The notes beneath the pieces were generated by a model that was not told where the DNA came from, searched no databases, and saw only the letters and a program-made list of their open reading frames with translations. DNA of 64,000 bases, taken from NCBI GenBank assembly GCA_963712275.1, contig CAVQHD010000001.1, positions 992,001 to 1,056,000 of the forward strand, in the 5' to 3' direction. Source of the DNA: an uncultured Rhabdochlamydiaceae bacterium. GTDB taxonomy: Bacteria; Chlamydiota; Chlamydiia; Chlamydiales; Rhabdochlamydiaceae. This document shows positions 21,900 through 30,952 of the stretch, in pieces. Within the stretch, counting starts at the first letter, position 1; every line of letters starts with the position of its first letter. A program made the position numbers and the translations under genes.

Positions 21900-22823
21900 A
21901 TGTCTTTTGTTTTAGTTGCAAAGCAGCTATCTAAAAAATTCCCAGGAAACCCTCCGGTCGTTGCCGTGGACGAGATCTCCTTTCATTTAGCAGAGGGTGA
22001 AATTTTGGGCTTGCTAGGTCCCAATGGGGCGGGCAAGACAACGATCATTCACATGCTTTTAGGGACATTAACCTATACTTCAGGATCGATTCAATACTTT
22101 GGAAAAGAATTTAAACAGCATCGAAGTAAGATTTTGCAGCAGATTGCATTTGCAAGCACCTATGTTAACCTTCCGTGGAAGCTCACGATTGAGCAAAATT
22201 TAGAAGTCTTTGGAAGGCTGTACGGGCTCTCAGGAGCTGAAATCAAAGAGCGCCGGATTCCTTTACTGGAGAGGTTTGGCATTGCGAATAAATTGAAAAC
22301 AACAGTAACCAAACTTTCAGCAGGACAGCTCACAAGGCTTATTTTAGTCAAAGCCTTTCTTGTAAAACCTAAGATCGTTCTTTTGGATGAGCCAACAGCC
22401 TCTTTAGACCCCGAGATGGCCAAAGAAGTCTGTTCTTTTCTCTTAGAGGAGAGGCAAAAAGAAGGAACTTCCATGCTCTTTACGTCTCATAAGATGGACG
22501 AAGTCGCAGAGCTTTGCGATCGTATCTTATTTTTAGAGCAAGGGAGGATCATCGTTAATGATGTGCCTCAAAACCTGATTAAAACTGTTGCTTCTCCAAG
22601 AATTGAGCTTACCATTGTCGACGGGATGAAACGCACAGTGAAACTAGCCGAGGACCTCAATATTCTTTATCGAGTAGAACACCGATGGATTGAACTCCAA
22701 ATCGAAGAAAAGTCGATTGCGGAATTCTTAGCAAAATTAGCCCGCTTAGAGATTTCCTATAGCTCCATCCAGGTTCATCAACCGACACTAGAGGATTATT
22801 TCTTGAAAATGGTGAAACGGTGA
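21900..22823 (+). CDS. ABC-2 type exporter ATP-binding subunit
   Basis: GPNGAGKT, LSAGQ, LLDEPT, SH switch. Confidence 0.9.
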   Translation: MSFVLVAKQLSKKFPGNPPVVAVDEISFHLAEGEILGLLGPNGAGKTTIIHMLLGTLTYTSGSIQYFGKEFKQHRSKILQQIAFASTYVNLPWKLTIEQNLEVFGRLYGLSGAEIKERRIPLLERFGIANKLKTTVTKLSAGQLTRLILVKAFLVKPKIVLLDEPTASLDPEMAKEVCSFLLEERQKEGTSMLFTSHKMDEVAELCDRILFLEQGRIIVNDVPQNLIKTVASPRIELTIVDGMKRTVKLAEDLNILYRVEHRWIELQIEEKSIAEFLAKLARLEISYSSIQVHQPTLEDYFLKMVKR

Positions 22824-23611
22824 TGAGGTTATCGATGAGACGGTGTTGGGCCGTTTTTTTAAGATACTGGTACCTCTTTATAGAACTCGACCAAGTTGCT
22901 GACCTATTGTACTGGCCTGCCATTGATATTGCCCTTTGGGGACTGACAACAGCGTGGATCCAACATCAACAGGAAGCAGTTTCAAATGTTGCGCTCATCG
23001 TGATGACAGGACTCATTTTTTGGCAAATTGTTTGGCGAGGAAACTATGAAATATCGGTTAACCTTCTGCAAGAATTTTGGAATCGAAATCTAGTGAACTT
23101 GTTTTCAACTCCTTTGAAGCTGACAGAATGGATGGGAGGAGTGCTCCTTCTTTCATTTGCAAAAGTTTTTATCACGCTTGGGTTCGGCGCCCTTCTAGTC
23201 TATGTTCTGTATGCTTTAAATGTCTTTACGATCGGATGGGCATTTCTCCCATTTGCAGCCCTTCTCATGATGGCAGGATGGATGATTGGATTTTTAGCAG
23301 CTGCAGTGGTGATTTATTGGGGTCAGCGGTTTCAAATGCTTGCTTGGATGACAGCCTATCTCTTTGCTCCCATCAGCGCCGTCTATTATCCCGTGGCCAT
23401 CTTACCAAAATGGGCCCAGCTTCTTGCTTGGTCGCTCCCAACGACCCATGTTTTTGAAGGGATGCGAAAGGTCCTCTCAGGACATGTTTTCCCTTGGGAT
23501 GCTTTTTGGTGGAGTCTAGGCCTTAATATCCTTTATCTCCTTTTATCAATGGCCATTTTCTCTTTTGCTTTTGAGAAAAGTCGCTCAAAAGGACTTTCAA
23601 GATTTGAGTAG
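22820..23611 (+). CDS. ABC-2 type exporter permease
   Basis: about six TM, YYPVAILPKWAQ..LPTTHVFEGMR; coupled to ATPase. Confidence 0.85.
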   Translation: MMRLSMRRCWAVFLRYWYLFIELDQVADLLYWPAIDIALWGLTTAWIQHQQEAVSNVALIVMTGLIFWQIVWRGNYEISVNLLQEFWNRNLVNLFSTPLKLTEWMGGVLLLSFAKVFITLGFGALLVYVLYALNVFTIGWAFLPFAALLMMAGWMIGFLAAAVVIYWGQRFQMLAWMTAYLFAPISAVYYPVAILPKWAQLLAWSLPTTHVFEGMRKVLSGHVFPWDAFWWSLGLNILYLLLSMAIFSFAFEKSRSKGLSRFE

Positions 23612-23707
23612 TAAAAATCTTCAAATATAAAATTTTTATTTGTAAAATTATTCTTAACTGGATATAGGTCAAATTAAAAGCCAGCTTAAAAGGCATGAGG
23701 AGAGACG

Positions 23708-25813
23708 ATGTCCCCACAAAAATTATCAGCTTGGATGCTGACATCCGTTATTATGGTCGCAACCTGTTATGGAGATGAATTAGCAAACACAGAAAAAAAC
23801 GCTCCAAAAGCTCCGCCTGAGGTGGAGTGCACATCTCCCTACCAAAACCACCATGTGGGGATTCGGCATAATGAGGCGCGGGGAGTTGGGTATAAGAAGG
23901 GGTATACGACCCTCGAAGGGTTTTTCCTGTCAGACTATTTTGGCAACACCTTTCTTCCCTTCTTAGATTTAAGGGGACATGTCTTCGATAATGGCAAGTT
24001 TGCAGGGAACGCAGGCATCGGAGCCCGCTCCCTCCTCTCCCAAATAAACCACTATGTAGGAGCCTACCTTTACTATGATGTACGGAGTGAAGATCGACTC
24101 ACCATCAATCAGCTCAGCCCTGGACTTGAGCTCGTTGGGAAACGGATGGAGTACCGCGTCAACGCTTACTTTCCCGTTGGCAAGAAAAAGAGCCGTCGTT
24201 ACGGGACCGAATTTGATACCTTTGAGGGAAACAGCCTCTTTCTCAAGAGAAAACAGAAGGACGCCCTCTCAGGAGTGGATGGAGAAGTCGGAGTCCATTT
24301 TTTCACCAAAAACACCTCCTATGATTTATTTGGTGGAATCAGCCCCTATTACCTGTGGGGCCCCCATGAATCTGCCTGGGGAGGTAAAGCACGCCTGACA
24401 GGGAGCTACAAGCAATATGTCACATTAGAGATTGCCGGCACCTACGATCACCTCTTCAAGGGAACCCTGCAGGGAAGTGTTGCGCTTCGCCTCCCCTTCG
24501 GTCCCAAACTCACCAGAAAGTCAACATCGTGCTCTCCTACCCAAGATCGAGACCTCTTGCAAACGAGAGCTGTCCAATCTCCTTACCGCTTTGAAATCCC
24601 CATGATCAAGAAGCATAAGTCCCGAACCATCGCGATCAACCCCCTCACAGGAGCTCCCTATACGTTCTGGTTTGTCAATAACACAAGCCATTCGCTCGGA
24701 ACCTTTGAAAGCCCTTTCTCGACTCTTGTTGATGCCGAAAACGCCTCAGCCCCAGGCGATGTCATCTATGTCTTTTCAGGAGACGGCACCACGAATGGGA
24801 TGTCAATGGGCATTGTGCTACAGAATCAACAAAAACTCTTCGGCGCAGGCATCCCTCAGACATTGCAGACAACTCTTGGAACTGTGCAAATCCCTCAGAT
24901 GAGCCCGCAGCTGCCTCTGATTGGCGACACGAATGCTTCAAGTATCATTATTGGGCTTGCCAACGGGAACGAAGTATCCGGTATTAATCTCCTAGGATCG
25001 ATGGAAAATAACATCGATGTGGGAGGGGGTCCTATCAACGGAGCCTCTATTCATGATAATATCATTCAAATAACAAATTCTTCTTTTGCTGGTGCAGGAG
25101 TCGTCTTTATAGGAACCGGCCTTTTCCTGGTTAACAACAACCAATTCATAGCATCGCCTGGTGAGATACCCATCACAGTGGCTCTAAATTCAGGGAATTC
25201 AAGCGTGGTTATCTCAGGTAATACGATTGAAGGGATTTTTAACTTTGCAATTGGTTTGCAATCTAATTCTGGTAGTGTTTATGATATAGAAATCACACGA
25301 AATGTGATTACCGCTCCCACGGGGGCTCCGGCTATTGAGTATACTACTATACTTGGTTCAGGCCAAACGATCATCAGCCAGAATACTCTGAACTATACTC
25401 CTTCAGTAGCATCCATTCGTCATGCAATTGAGTTTAACTATACTGCACCACAAACTTCATGTCTAATTATTGAAGGGAATCAAATTTCTACAATAACAGA
25501 TGAGGGCATCTTCATTGCAACAAGTCCTGGTGCAGGTCTTCTAAATGCCACCGTCGCAAATAATTCTATCACAACGACAGGTGCAGGAGCGAATGGAGTT
25601 ATTGCTGCAGCAGCGACAGGGTCCACCCTATGCCTCAGTCTTCAGAACAATACAGCAACCGTTGCACCAACAAGCTTTGGCTATCAGATTGCTCCTTCTG
25701 GCAGCACTGGAACGCTTAACTTAGAGCCGCCTGTAGGAAATATTGGAACCTTTGCTCCGACTGTGGGACCTGTGACTCCTGTTTCAGCAGGCACCTGTAG
25801 CTGTGGTCAGTGA
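23708..25813 (+). CDS. inverse-autotransporter-like (N-terminal beta-barrel) adhesin with beta-helix passenger
   Basis: signal peptide; PFLDLRGHVFDNGKFAGNAGIG barrel motif; FVNNTSHSLGTFESPF; N/T/G/S-rich beta-helix; paralog of 47437-50457. Confidence 0.75.
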   Translation: MSPQKLSAWMLTSVIMVATCYGDELANTEKNAPKAPPEVECTSPYQNHHVGIRHNEARGVGYKKGYTTLEGFFLSDYFGNTFLPFLDLRGHVFDNGKFAGNAGIGARSLLSQINHYVGAYLYYDVRSEDRLTINQLSPGLELVGKRMEYRVNAYFPVGKKKSRRYGTEFDTFEGNSLFLKRKQKDALSGVDGEVGVHFFTKNTSYDLFGGISPYYLWGPHESAWGGKARLTGSYKQYVTLEIAGTYDHLFKGTLQGSVALRLPFGPKLTRKSTSCSPTQDRDLLQTRAVQSPYRFEIPMIKKHKSRTIAINPLTGAPYTFWFVNNTSHSLGTFESPFSTLVDAENASAPGDVIYVFSGDGTTNGMSMGIVLQNQQKLFGAGIPQTLQTTLGTVQIPQMSPQLPLIGDTNASSIIIGLANGNEVSGINLLGSMENNIDVGGGPINGASIHDNIIQITNSSFAGAGVVFIGTGLFLVNNNQFIASPGEIPITVALNSGNSSVVISGNTIEGIFNFAIGLQSNSGSVYDIEITRNVITAPTGAPAIEYTTILGSGQTIISQNTLNYTPSVASIRHAIEFNYTAPQTSCLIIEGNQISTITDEGIFIATSPGAGLLNATVANNSITTTGAGANGVIAAAATGSTLCLSLQNNTATVAPTSFGYQIAPSGSTGTLNLEPPVGNIGTFAPTVGPVTPVSAGTCSCGQ

Positions 25814-25816
25814 TTT

Positions 25817-25837
25817 AGAAGCTGAGTTACAGCTTCT
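25817..25837. terminator. short hairpin between convergent genes (duplicated at 28138-28158)
   Basis: AGAAGCTG-AGTTA-CAGCTTCT between adhesin stop and tal stop. Confidence 0.5.
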
Positions 25838-26152
25838 TAAAGACGGCTTGCTAGCAGCTGCTCGAGCTTAACGATGTCTTTTGCAAAGGTGCGGATGCCT
25901 TCATAGAGCTTGTTGGACGCCATCGCGCTATCGCAGAGCATCCATCGGAAGGTTTTTTCATCCACTTTAGTAGGAGAAAGAGCTGTTTTTTTAGCGGCGT
26001 CAGGAGAAAGTTTACGAGGGATGGGAGCGTCGGATGAGTAGAGCTCATCGAGCAGTTTTGGAGCAATGGTTAAGAGGTCGCAGCCGGCAAGTTCGACAAT
26101 CTCTTCCTTATTTCGGAAGGAAGCTCCCATAATTTGGGTTGGGATGCCAAAT
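25837..26152 (-). pseudogene. duplicated 3' third of transaldolase
   Basis: identical to the C-terminal region of 28158-29114; cut at IS end. Confidence 0.9.
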
Positions 26153-28058
26153 CCCGAGTTTGACAGCTAATCGCGTTTTTTGAGCCTGTTCCTCTATGAG
26201 GAGTCTTGGAAAAACCGGAAAATGTAATGAACACCATTGGAAAAATTTATCAATGAAAAATTGACAAAAAAGAAATGAACACGATATCTATGTTGTTATG
26301 TTCATAAAAATCACTAAAAATAAAAAGGGCGTCTCTTACTACCATCTTGTGGAGTCTTATCGTGATCAAGGCAAGGTGAGACAACGTACTCTGCTGTCGC
26401 TAGGAAAAGTGGGAGAAGATGGACTCGATAAGTTGATCTCAGCCATCAGCAAACATAAAGAAATTCTTACCGCAGTCGAGGCAGCCAAATCACTCGATAT
26501 TGAGGACACGTATACTCTGGGGCCTCTCTTAGCCGTGCAACATATCTTCAACCTCTTTGGTATTGATCGTATTCTCCATAAAATCACTGCACAACATCCT
26601 CAACTGGAATTCGACCTCTGTCAAGTCATTTTCACTATGATCATATGTCGTTTCCTTCGACCAAGCTCAAAGCTCAAGGTTTTCGAGCGATGGCAAGATA
26701 GGTTGTATCCAGAGATGCTTTCTAAGAAAGCCGAGTTACAGTACTTCTATCGATCCTTAGATTTTCTTAGCGATCATAAAGAACAGATAGAAAATGAGCT
26801 GTATTGGAATAATCGTAATCTACTCACCTTATCAGTCGATGTAGTCCTCTACGATCTCACCACCTTGCGTTTCGAAAGCACCAGAGAAGACCTAGGAGAG
26901 CTTCGCCGTTTTGGATATTCCAAAGAGATGCGCAGCGATTGTACGCAAATCATACTCGGGCTACTCGTTGACACTGACGGCATTCCTCTTGGTTTTGAGG
27001 TCTACCCTGGCAATACTTTCGAGGGAGCAACTCTGGTTGATATTGTCCAACGGATACGCACCAAATTCAAAGTGCGAAGATTTATCTTTGTGGCCGATCG
27101 AGGGCTCTTCTCTGCAAAAAATCTGGACCATATCCGAACTCTGTGCGGGCATCAAAGGGACGGAGAGTTTATCGTAGGCATGAAACTAGGGCAGATCAAA
27201 CAGCGTCATGACGAATTCTACGATCGCAACCGCTTTACCAAAGTGAACGACGGTCTAGAATGGTATGAGACAAAGCATGGCAATGACCGTTGTATCATCA
27301 CATGGTCCCGTCAACGCGCTGAACGCGACAGAAAAACCCGAGAAGACATTTTAGAAAAACTCACAAAGAAGATCTTCAAGAAAAAGAAAACGACTCCCAA
27401 GGATTTTGTAACAAACAAAAACTACAACAAATACGTTGCTGGTTTACAAGATGGCACCCCTCAACTCAACAAAGAGGCAATTGCAAAGGAAGCGCTTAAG
27501 GATGGTTTTTTTGGAGTCATCACCAATGTATCCGCGGATCAGATGAACGCGAGCGAGATCCTCACTGCGTATAAGCACCTCTGGATAGTAGAAGATGCGT
27601 TTGGAGAAATCAAAGGGACTCTCAAAACTCGTCCCCTCTATCACTGGAATGACAATCGCATTAGAGGGCACCTCACCATGTGCTTTCTCGCCTACTTTTG
27701 CGAAGCGCAGATGACTAAATTGCTCCGAGAAAAAGGAGTGATATTGGAGAGCAAGGCGATCGATGAAGGTCAGATTGGCAAGAGACCCCTAACCGTACTA
27801 GAGGCCATGCAAGAATTAGCAGAAGTAAGAGCAATGCCTGTTAAGCTCAAAGATAATCTCGTGTGGGTTAGGAACGACATCAAAGGCAATGCTGCACAGC
27901 TTCTCAAGGCTATCGGTACGCCAATTCCTCCAAAAGTCTTAAAACATATTTCACTCTAGATCCGCCTATTCCCTTAAAAATGTAGTGGCACACGTATTTT
28001 TATTTTTCATAAGTTGCTATAAAACAGAAACTTGCAAAAATCAGCTGTCAAACTCGGG
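26153..28058 (+). mobile_element. IS1634-family insertion sequence, 1906 bp
   Basis: 16-bp perfect TIRs CCCGAGTTTGACAGCT / AGCTGTCAAACTCGGG; single transposase; long flanking DR. Confidence 0.92.
26298..27959 (+). CDS. IS1634-family DDE transposase
   Basis: YYHLVESYR..GKVRQR, YDLTTLRFES, FGYSKE, VADRG, YKHLWIVEDAF..K. Confidence 0.92.
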   Translation: MFIKITKNKKGVSYYHLVESYRDQGKVRQRTLLSLGKVGEDGLDKLISAISKHKEILTAVEAAKSLDIEDTYTLGPLLAVQHIFNLFGIDRILHKITAQHPQLEFDLCQVIFTMIICRFLRPSSKLKVFERWQDRLYPEMLSKKAELQYFYRSLDFLSDHKEQIENELYWNNRNLLTLSVDVVLYDLTTLRFESTREDLGELRRFGYSKEMRSDCTQIILGLLVDTDGIPLGFEVYPGNTFEGATLVDIVQRIRTKFKVRRFIFVADRGLFSAKNLDHIRTLCGHQRDGEFIVGMKLGQIKQRHDEFYDRNRFTKVNDGLEWYETKHGNDRCIITWSRQRAERDRKTREDILEKLTKKIFKKKKTTPKDFVTNKNYNKYVAGLQDGTPQLNKEAIAKEALKDGFFGVITNVSADQMNASEILTAYKHLWIVEDAFGEIKGTLKTRPLYHWNDNRIRGHLTMCFLAYFCEAQMTKLLREKGVILESKAIDEGQIGKRPLTVLEAMQELAEVRAMPVKLKDNLVWVRNDIKGNAAQLLKAIGTPIPPKVLKHISL

Positions 28059-28473
28059 AAATATTGGAACCTTTGCTCCGACTGTGGGACCTGTGACTCC
28101 TGTTTCAGCAGGCACCTGTAGCTGTGGTCAGTGATTTAGAAGCTGAGTTACAGCTTCTTAAAGACGGCTTGCTAGCAGCTGCTCGAGCTTAACGATGTCT
28201 TTTGCAAAGGTGCGGATGCCTTCATAGAGCTTGTTGGACGCCATCGCGCTATCGCAGAGCATCCATCGGAAGGTTTTTTCATCCACTTTAGTAGGAGAAA
28301 GAGCTGTTTTTTTAGCGGCGTCAGGAGAAAGTTTACGAGGGATGGGAGCGTCGGATGAGTAGAGCTCATCGAGCAGTTTTGGAGCAATGGTTAAGAGGTC
28401 GCAGCCGGCAAGTTCGACAATCTCTTCCTTATTTCGGAAGGAAGCTCCCATAATTTGGGTTGGGATGCCAAAT
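28059..28473. repeat. 415-bp direct repeat, right copy
   Basis: starts right after right TIR; offset 2321 = 1906 + 415. Confidence 0.95.
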
Positions 28474-29114
28474 TTTTTGTAGTAGTGATAGATCTCAGTG
28501 ACAGAGCGAACTCCTGGGTCTTCGGCAGGAGGGTAAGACTCTCGATTTTCATTTTTCTTAAACCAATCTAGAATCCGTCCGACGAAAGGTGAGATGAGGG
28601 TTGCTTTAACATCTGCACAAGCAATCGCTTGGGCCAGGCTGAACATGAGGGTCATATTACAATGAATCCCTTCTCTTTCAAGGTGAAAGGCTGCTTGAGC
28701 CCCTTCCCACGTGGAGGCGAGCTTGATCAAAATTCGCTCGCGATCGATACCTGCAGCTTCATAAAGAGAGATGAGTTCTCGAGCTTTTTGTACAGAACCG
28801 AGGGTGTCAAAAGAGAGTCTTGCGTCGACCTCTGTTGAAACACGGCCTGGGACAATTTTCAAAATTTCAAGGCCAAAATTGATGCAAACTTTGTTTAGGG
28901 CATGCGTAAGCTTATCGGACTGATGGTGCCCTTTTTTCCGTCCGTAGGAGAGGGCTTCTTCGATGAGGAATTGGTACTGAGGCTCAAGAGAAGCTGCTAA
29001 GATTAGCGAGGGGTTTGTCGTCGCATCGGTTGGGTGGTACTTTTTAATTTCTTGAATTTGACCTGTATCGGCGACAATGGTTGTCATGCCTTTTAATTGC
29101 TCGAGTTGGTTCAT
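28158..29114 (-). CDS. tal: transaldolase
   Basis: VADTG, DATTNPSL, LIKLASTWEG, ISPFVGRI, MGASFR. Confidence 0.97.
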   Translation of the reverse strand: MNQLEQLKGMTTIVADTGQIQEIKKYHPTDATTNPSLILAASLEPQYQFLIEEALSYGRKKGHHQSDKLTHALNKVCINFGLEILKIVPGRVSTEVDARLSFDTLGSVQKARELISLYEAAGIDRERILIKLASTWEGAQAAFHLEREGIHCNMTLMFSLAQAIACADVKATLISPFVGRILDWFKKNENRESYPPAEDPGVRSVTEIYHYYKKFGIPTQIMGASFRNKEEIVELAGCDLLTIAPKLLDELYSSDAPIPRKLSPDAAKKTALSPTKVDEKTFRWMLCDSAMASNKLYEGIRTFAKDIVKLEQLLASRL

Positions 29115-29596
29115 AATTTAAAGGGGAGTTGAAGAGGGTTGTTAAAGGGCTCTTTTTGAAGTTTTTGATAAGAAGATGCAAATTGTTTGGGAGAGAGGGT
29201 TGTTGAATATCCCGTTAGCTCAAGAGTAACGGGATCTCCCTTTAAGAGGGATTGAATCAGGAGGTCTTGAAGATCGGAGGGGAGTGTTACCCGTTGACCT
29301 CCTGCATGTCGATAAGCAAGAGAGCGTGTGGTTTGACCAGCTGTTTTTAAAGTGACTAGCGCTTGGTTTTGATTCCCTTGGTAAGGAGGAATCGTTTGTG
29401 AATGGACTTCCAGATGTGTTCTAAGGTGATCCTGGGAGTAAATCATTTCAACCGCCATGCTATTGACAATATCATAGACAGGGTATGAAAGTCTAGCGGA
29501 GTTAAAGGCTTTTTGAGACCCTTTTAGATAGGTCACATGCCATGGAGCTGAGGAGGAGCAGCCCCAAAGAAAGAGAAGAGATAATGCTCTTATCAA
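29111..29596 (-). CDS. putative lipoprotein
   Basis: short signal with LWGC lipobox; coupled to tal. Confidence 0.6.
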   Translation of the reverse strand: MIRALSLLFLWGCSSSAPWHVTYLKGSQKAFNSARLSYPVYDIVNSMAVEMIYSQDHLRTHLEVHSQTIPPYQGNQNQALVTLKTAGQTTRSLAYRHAGGQRVTLPSDLQDLLIQSLLKGDPVTLELTGYSTTLSPKQFASSYQKLQKEPFNNPLQLPFKL

Positions 29597-29916
29597 TGGT
29601 GCCCATGGTGGTGACCATGATGACGGGACACCAAAATAATCGCTATAACACCAACGGCAACCGCGCTTCCAGCAAGGATGTATTTTGCGACATTGCTTGC
29701 TTTGCCAGTGTTGGCAGAGTCAGCAGAGGCTTTTCCAACTTGGGCAGGAGAGGCCTCTTGATCGGCAAGCGGTGTGTTCATTGGTAGGGAGCCTTCTGGC
29801 GGGGAAGATTCCTGGGCCAATTCAATGGTTGCAGATTCTGCACTGTCATCTGCATAGATCATCGAAGATGGCAAACTACAGACGGCAGCTGTCAATATTC
29901 CAATCCAGATCTTCAT
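29593..29916 (-). CDS. small exported/membrane protein with His-rich tail
   Basis: signal peptide, C-terminal TM, RHHGHHHGHH. Confidence 0.65.
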   Translation of the reverse strand: MKIWIGILTAAVCSLPSSMIYADDSAESATIELAQESSPPEGSLPMNTPLADQEASPAQVGKASADSANTGKASNVAKYILAGSAVAVGVIAIILVSRHHGHHHGHH

Positions 29917-30647
29917 TTTGATCTCGTTGTTAAAAGTTTTGTTCGAATTTCACTTAATACAAGAATTTGCCAGTAAGGTCCCATTTCTGTAAAGGTGTTG
30001 ATCATTTTTTTTTCAAATGGTTCCCACACATCGGTATAAAAAGGTTCAGAAGAAAGCGCTTTTTCAGCTGTTGTTTGGTCCGTGAGTAAAGTTAAAAACC
30101 GATTTTCTAATGATTGGATTAGTTGGTGAAGTAAGAGTTGTTGGGATTTTGAGGGGTAGCTTTCAAGGAGATTGGAGGAGAGCTGAAGGGAACGGAAGAC
30201 TTGATCAAATGTCTTGTAGTATTTCGAAAATTCCTCTTTTAAAGCAGCTGCAGTCAAGACATAAGCTGTTTGATTTTTGATCACGATCAATTGAACTAAA
30301 CGGGCTCTTCCAAGGTCTGTCGGGGATTCAAGCTCGGTTAACCTTCCCTCTCCCATAGGTGTTTTGAATTTGCCAAGATCTCTCCAATGTGAATTGGGGT
30401 CTGCCTTATGAATTTTACGCACAGCTTCTACATAGGCTTCAAGCGATACATTGACCGATTCTGTTGCGAGGTTCACGGAGGGGGCAAGCCCTTTGGAGCT
30501 TTTCCCTAGGAAACAGATCTCGACTCGAGGAGCTAATGTTTCGGGGTCTGCAATCTCCCACCCCGTCGGAGGGATAAAAAAGCAAGTGTCTGCCGCCAGA
30601 CGTGCAAAATAGACAAAGAGAAGAAGAAAATAGAGTTTAAGACCCAC
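29913..30647 (-). CDS. conserved chlamydial exported protein (PsbP/DcrB-like fold suspected)
   Basis: signal peptide, FIPPTGW, PSVNLATE, AYVLTAAA. Confidence 0.6.
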   Translation of the reverse strand: MGLKLYFLLLFVYFARLAADTCFFIPPTGWEIADPETLAPRVEICFLGKSSKGLAPSVNLATESVNVSLEAYVEAVRKIHKADPNSHWRDLGKFKTPMGEGRLTELESPTDLGRARLVQLIVIKNQTAYVLTAAALKEEFSKYYKTFDQVFRSLQLSSNLLESYPSKSQQLLLHQLIQSLENRFLTLLTDQTTAEKALSSEPFYTDVWEPFEKKMINTFTEMGPYWQILVLSEIRTKLLTTRSK

Positions 30648-30903
30648 TGCAGTGACTATGCCCCGATCCAGCTTTACTTTGGTGCAGCACGGCTGCTAAG
30701 ATAGCGATTCCTAAGGCAAGGCCGACTCCCCACCCGATCATCGACGCGCTAATCGCAGTACTTGAGCCATCATGAGCCCCTGCTCCGGTTTTCCAGAGAT
30801 TTTCTGTATCTTTAGACCAATCATCCAAGGAATCGGAGGCCAGAGTCGTTGATGAAGCCGAAAGGAGCGCAATGATGACAAGCGAACAGATCAATTTCTT
30901 CAT
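30637..30903 (-). CDS. small exported/membrane protein
   Basis: probable ATG 30903 (MKKLICSLV), C-terminal TM, GHSHC tail. Confidence 0.6.
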   Translation of the reverse strand: MKKLICSLVIIALLSASSTTLASDSLDDWSKDTENLWKTGAGAHDGSSTAISASMIGWGVGLALGIAILAAVLHQSKAGSGHSHCSGS

Positions 30904-30952
30904 AAAAAAGAGTATCGCATATGGGCCGACTTTCCTGCAATTTTTCCTTGAC

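Larger units (their letters stand above)
25738..26152. repeat. 415-bp direct repeat, left copy
   Basis: identical by eye to 28059-28473; ends exactly at the IS left TIR. Confidence 0.95.

Noticed and set aside
25837..26130. Independent 97-aa transaldolase-like gene
   Set aside because: By-product of the IS target duplication; lacks the N-terminal two-thirds including the catalytic Lys region
26153..28058. IS1634 transposase as mobiliser of the palindromic elements
   Set aside because: Its TIR (CCCGAGTTTGACAGCT) and long DR do not match the elements' GA- termini and 2-4 bp duplications
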